Source: Malacoraja senta
Lineage: Eukaryota
NCBI GenBank assembly: GCA_038087875.1
Contig: JAXLNO010000446.1
Span: forward strand, 496,001-560,000
Reading direction: 5' to 3'
DNA length: 64,000 nt
Shown here: piece by piece, positions 59,061 through 64,000 of the stretch
Position numbering within the stretch: position 1 is the stretch's first letter
How the letters are laid out: each line of letters begins with the position of its first letter
Translations under genes and position numbers: made by a program
Notes under the pieces: model-generated
Seen by the model: only the letters and a program-made list of their open reading frames with translations
Told to the model about the DNA's origin: nothing
Database searches by the model: none

Positions 59061-60656
59061 AACCTGCACGTCTTTGGAGACCAGAACACCCGGAGGAAAC
59101 ACACGCAGTCGCAGGGAGAAGGTACAAACTCCATTCAGACAGCACCCGTAGTCAGGATCAAACCTGGAGCTGTAAGGCAGCAGCTCTACCGCTGCACCAC
59201 CGTGCCGCCCTATCTACATGTCTAGGGCGTGAGGAGCCAACGTTCTACGCAACAGGGTGATTGGTGCATTTAGTTCAAAGATACAGCACGGAAACAGGCC
59301 CTTCAGCCCATCGAGTCCGTGCCAACCATCGATCACCCGCTCACACTATGTTATCCCACTTTCTCATCCACTCCCTACACACTAGGGGCAATTTATAGAG
59401 GGACTAACACAACGGTCACAGGGAGAAGGCGCAGATTCCAAACAGGCAGCACCCACAGTAATAGATTCTCCAAGTAATTGGCTGTCAGAACTGGACATTT
59501 CTGCCATTCATACACAGTCATAGAATCACGCAGCACGGAAACAGGCCCTTCGGCCCAACTTGACAATGCTGCTCCAGATGCCCCATCTATACTCCACATC
59601 CATTCTATCCAGGCCCTTCATCATTCCATAGGTTTCACAGAGATCCCCCCTCATACTTCTAAACTCCAGCGAGTACAGGCGCAGAGCCATGAAACATTCA
59701 TTATGTGTTAACCCACTCATCCCTGGGATCGTCCTTGTAAACCTCCTCTCGACCCTCTCCAACGCCAGCACATCCTTCCTCAGATATGGGACCCAAAACT
59801 GCTCACAATGCTCCAAATGTGGCCTGACCAGCGCCTTATAGAGCCCCAAGCATTACATCCCTGTTGTATTCTAATCCTCTCTTCATGCAAACTCACATTG
59901 CATTTGCCTTCCTTACTAACCTGCAAATTAACCTTCTGGGAATCCTGCACCACCACTCCCTAGTCCCTTTGCACCTCTGATTTCAAAATCCTCTCCCCAT
60001 TTAGAAAATAGTCATTGGAGCAGAGGAGGCTGAGGGGTGACCTTATTGAGGTGACCATCATGAGGGTCGTAGATAACGTGAACGCTCACAATCATTTTCC
60101 CAGGTGCAGACTAAAGCTAGTGGCCACAGGGTTAAGGTAAGAGGGAAGAGATTTAAAAGGGACCTCTGGAGCAACTTTATAACAGTGGGGGGGGGGGGGG
60201 GGGGGCTTGAATGTTATCGTGCAGATAATCCGCTGACTGGTTGGTACGCAACAAAAAATCTTTTCACTGTACCTCGTTACATGTGACAATAAACTAAACT
60301 GAAACCTTGAATGAGCTGCCAGAGGAGGCTGTGTTAGTGGATACAATCACAACTCTAAAAATACATGTGGACAGATGCATGTATAGGAAGGGGTTGGAAC
60401 CTTGTGGGCCAGTATGGCAACTTGGTCAACATGGCCAATGTGGGCCAAAGGGCCTGTTTCTGTGCTGTTCAGCCCTGTGACTCCAAGGTAACCTATGCGT
60501 CAATGTGTCTGGTGTAGGCAGGATTGTGGCAGTGCATAGCATGGTCATTGCATACACTTGCATCCATCCACTCACACCACATCACTGAGGACAAGGGCGA
60601 GTTAAGTCTATAACTCTCGCCTGCAATCACCCCTTACTTTAAACGCACGTGTAGTT

Positions 60657-60943
60657 CTTGTTTAGAGATACAGCGCGGAACCAGGCCTTTCACCGAGTCC
60701 GCACCGACCAGCAATTCCCGTACACTATCCTACACACATTAGGGACAATTTACAATTTTTTCCAAAGCCAATTAACCTACAAACCTGTACGTCTTTGGAG
60801 TGTGGGAGGAAACCGGAGCACCCGGAGAAAACCCACGCAGGTCACGGGGAGAAGGTACAGACAGCGCCCGTAGTAAGGATGGAACCCGGGTCTCTGGCGC
60901 TGTGAGGCAGCATCTCTACCGCTGCACCACCACCGTGCCGCCA
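60657..60943 (-). mobile_element. HE1/V-SINE
   Basis: Reverse-complement V core (gggaggaaaccggagcacccggagaaaaccc), plus head and tail. Confidence 0.82.
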
Positions 60944-61109
60944 CTTACTCCAATGATCTCCTAGTTCCTTCAGCATTCACTGCGGTGGGTCTGTAATCAA
61001 TATGTTTTTTCACAGAAACACAGGGAAGATTATATGTAACCTTACAAAAACTAATGATGTTCCCAAGAAGGTACTGGATGTGTCTGACCCACATCAAGGC
61101 ACACCCTCC

Positions 61110-62190
61110 AAAGAGTAGGAGTAAACGGGTCCTTTTCAGAATGGCAGGCAGTGACTAGTGGGGTACCCCAAGGCTCAGTGCTGGGACCCCAGCTATTTAC
61201 AATATATATTAATGATCTGGATGAGGGAATTGAATGCAACATCTCCAAGTTTGCGGATGACACGAAGCTGGGGGGCAGTGTTAGCTGTGAGGAGGATGCT
61301 AGGAGGCTGCAAGGTGACTTGGATAGGTTGGGTGAGTGGGCAAAGGCATGGCAGATGCAGTATAATGTGGATAAATGTGAGGTTATCCACTTTGGTGGCA
61401 AAAACAGGAAAGTAGACTATTATCTGAATGGTGGCCGATTAGGAAAAGGGGAGATGCAACGAGACCTGGGTGTCATGGTACACCAATCATTGAAAGTAGG
61501 AATGCAGGTGCAGCAGGCAGTGAAGAAAGCAAATGGTATGTTAGCATTCATAGCAAAAGGATTTGAGTATAAGAGCAGGGAGGTTCTACTGCAGTTGTAC
61601 AGGGTCTTGGTGAGACCACACCTGGAGTATTGCGTACAGTTTTGGTCTCCAAATCTGAGGAAAGACATTCTTGCCATAGAGGGAGTACAGAGAAGGTTCA
61701 CCAGACTGATTCCTGGGATGGCAGGACTTTCATATGAGGAAAGACTGGATAGACTTGGCTTGTACACGTTGGAATTCAGAAGACTGAGGGGGGATCTTAT
61801 AGAAACTTACAAGATTCTTAAGGGGTTGGACAGGCTAGATGCAGGAAGATTGTTCCCGATGTTGGGGAAGTCCAGAACTAGGGGTCACAGTTTAAGGATA
61901 AGAGGGAAGACTTTTAGGACCGAGATGAGGAAATCATTTTTTACACAGAGAGTGGTGAATCTGTGGAATTCTCTGCCACAGAAGGTAGTTGAGGCCAGTT
62001 CATTGGCTATATTTAAGAGGGAGTTATATGTGGCCCTTGTGGCTAAAGGGATCAGGGGGTATGGAGAGAAGGCAGGGATGGGATACTGAGTTGGATGATC
62101 AGCCATGATCATATCAAATGGCAGTGCAGGCTCGAAGGGCCGAATAGCCTACTCCTGCACCTATTTTCTATGTTTCTATGTTTCTATGTT
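61110..62190 (+). mobile_element. Young 5'-truncated CR1 with an intact 312-aa RT C-terminal ORF
   Basis: ORF 61151-62089; (tttctatg)n tail. Confidence 0.94.
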
Positions 62191-62650
62191 CATCAACTCC
62201 AACGCCCAGGATCAAAGGGATCTACAGAGAGTGGTGGACAACTGCCCGGTCCATCATGGGTACTGACCTCCCCACCATCGAAGGGATCTACAGGAGGCGC
62301 TGCCTCAACAAGGCAGCCGGCATCATCAGAGACCCACACCACCCTGGCCACCTCTCATCTCACTGCTACCATGGGGAAGAAGGTTCAGGAGCCTGAAAAC
62401 CGTGACCTCCAGGTTCAAGAACAGCTTCTTCCCAGCAACCATCAGGCTCTTGAACACTACACAACACTAACCTCAGCAACTGTGATCTTCTATGGACTGG
62501 GTCTTTGGCTGCCATATTATGTTTACCTGGTATTACAGTTATTAATTTATTGTAATTTTGACGATTTATGATGGTTATGGACCTAAGCTGCAGTAAGCGA
62601 GGAGTTCATTGTTCCCTTGGTACATTTGGTAATTAAACACACTTGACTCA
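62190..62650 (+). mobile_element. Rex/L2-type LINE 3' fragment
   Basis: ARSIMGTDLPTIEGIYRRRCLNKAAGIIRDPHHPGH remnant. Confidence 0.8.
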
Positions 62651-63628
62651 TGCCCCAAACTCTTGACTGAAGGACAACAGCTAAACGCAATACACAGTTA
62701 GTTCTAATCTTCACACCGTAGCTCAGTCACTGCGCGTTTACCAACAGGTTCGGGAACTGCAGTTTCTAGCTATTTAAAAAAATAAATCTATGGAGGTAAG
62801 CATAAAGATTAAAGAGGTATTTGGCAATGGGGCTATCTTTGCAGTTTTAAATAAAAGCGCAATGCTCTGATTAGTTCAGGCAATCTATACTTACACTGAC
62901 CAACAGCATTTACAGTGTTAATATTGTTTGTAAAATCCTTTATATATTTCTATGTTGAAGCATGTGTACAGTGCTAAGCTGCGTTCATATACTTTGTAAA
63001 TCTACTTTATAAAATCTAAACGATATGTCCACTTTTTTTAAATTTCGATCATTAAGAGAGTCACTAAAGCTGTATGAAGGGTTGATATATTGTCAGCTAA
63101 TGATTGATGAAGCTGGCACACTAAGTGTGTACAGGAAGGAAGTGCAGATTTTGGTTTACGCTATTGTGTACCGTGACTTGTAATGTCCTGCACTATCCTG
63201 GGGCCTGTTCATGTGGCTTGTGACTACAATCACCACACATTTATCGTGGTGTCTACTGGGCGATAGATAGATTACTGTTGAATGTTCATGTCTTGGGACA
63301 ACTTCCTTGGGGGGATGGGCCAATGGCCATTGGGCAATGGACCTGCGCTTGGCTGTGGCAGCTTTCTACATAACACGCGGACCACGACTTCAGTATTCCA
63401 GGGGAAAGAGTTTCCTGGCACGAGAGACAAGTTATTTGTCCAGGGGATGGATGTCCCGATAGCCAGCATGGGGTGTTGGAAAGACCAGGCGTTTTCTTGT
63501 GGAGCTGAGACCCACCTGGTCAATTTGCCACTGGTCTGCACAACAGCACTGACTCCAACACGACACAGCCAACAACCAACCTTGGCAGCAAGCCACCAGG
63601 GACACGACTTCTTCACACTGAGGTCCCA

Positions 63629-63748
63629 TCAGAAGGGATTGAGCCGAATCCCGGTCCCCAGTGGGGAGAAGGGGTTGACCTTCGCCCACATTAGTGCAGC
63701 GTTGAGTGAGATCGCTGACTTGCCATCTTCTAGGATGAACACCGGTCC
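63629..63748 (-). CDS. WDR17: WDR17 last coding exon (GPVFILEDGKSAISLNAALMWAKVNPFSPLGTGIRLNPF*)
   Basis: Minus-strand ...tcccccag acceptor; 120 nt ending TGA; matches the recalled WDR17 C-terminus; synteny with SPATA4 and ASB5. Not in the ORF track. Confidence 0.9.
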   Translation of the reverse strand, partial: GPVFILEDGKSAISLNAALMWAKVNPFSPLGTGIRLNPF

Positions 63749-64000
63749 CTGGGGGAGGAACAAATGCTACAATTAAACAACATGCAGACTGTACGAGGGG
63801 GGACCTCATTGAAACGTAACGAATGGTGAAAGGCCTGGATAGAGAGTGGATGTGAGCAGGATGTTTCCATGGGCGGGAGAGTCTAGGACCAGAGGGCACA
63901 GCCTCAGAAGAAAAAGGACGTTCCTTTAGCAATGAGATGAGGAGGAATTTCTTTAGTCAGAGGGTGGTGAATCTGAGGAATTCTTTGCCACAGACAGCTG

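Noticed and set aside
63272..63932. ORF-track ORFs of 114-166 aa near the window end
   Set aside because: They overlap the real WDR17 exon in other frames or strands, its 3' UTR, and a CR1 fragment.

Overview
Repeat-rich vertebrate genomic DNA. The repeat content (CR1/HER1-type LINEs, HE1/V-SINEs, Rex1/Babar, Penelope) points to a cartilaginous fish, probably a skate or ray; this is an inference. Three host genes can be assembled by hand from GT-AG exons, most of which the ORF track misses. (1) ASB5 (ankyrin repeats + SOCS box), + strand: six coding exons at 5236-16780, with the first exon upstream of the window. (2) SPATA4 (CH-like domain), + strand: complete, six exons at 30217-56123, about 291 aa. 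(3) The last coding exon of WDR17, - strand, 63629-63748. This is the same order and orientation as I recall for human 4q34. The rest is layered mobile DNA: a decayed Gypsy LTR retrotransposon interrupted by a TIR element, a solo LTR with a 4-bp TSD, many CR1 copies (one nearly intact), Rex1/Babar copies, a Penelope element and its derivatives, a TTAA-flanked MITE and several minisatellites. The most interesting signals are: hammerhead-ribozyme-like cores in Penelope termini and their fold-back and 66-bp multimer derivatives; minisatellites that amplify splice signals (a branch point in ASB5, a donor site in SPATA4); tandem RFX X-boxes at the SPATA4 start, between mirror-image C-rich and G-rich arrays; and a minisatellite born from LINE coding sequence. 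All coordinates were counted by eye, repeat boundaries are approximate, and no database search was run.
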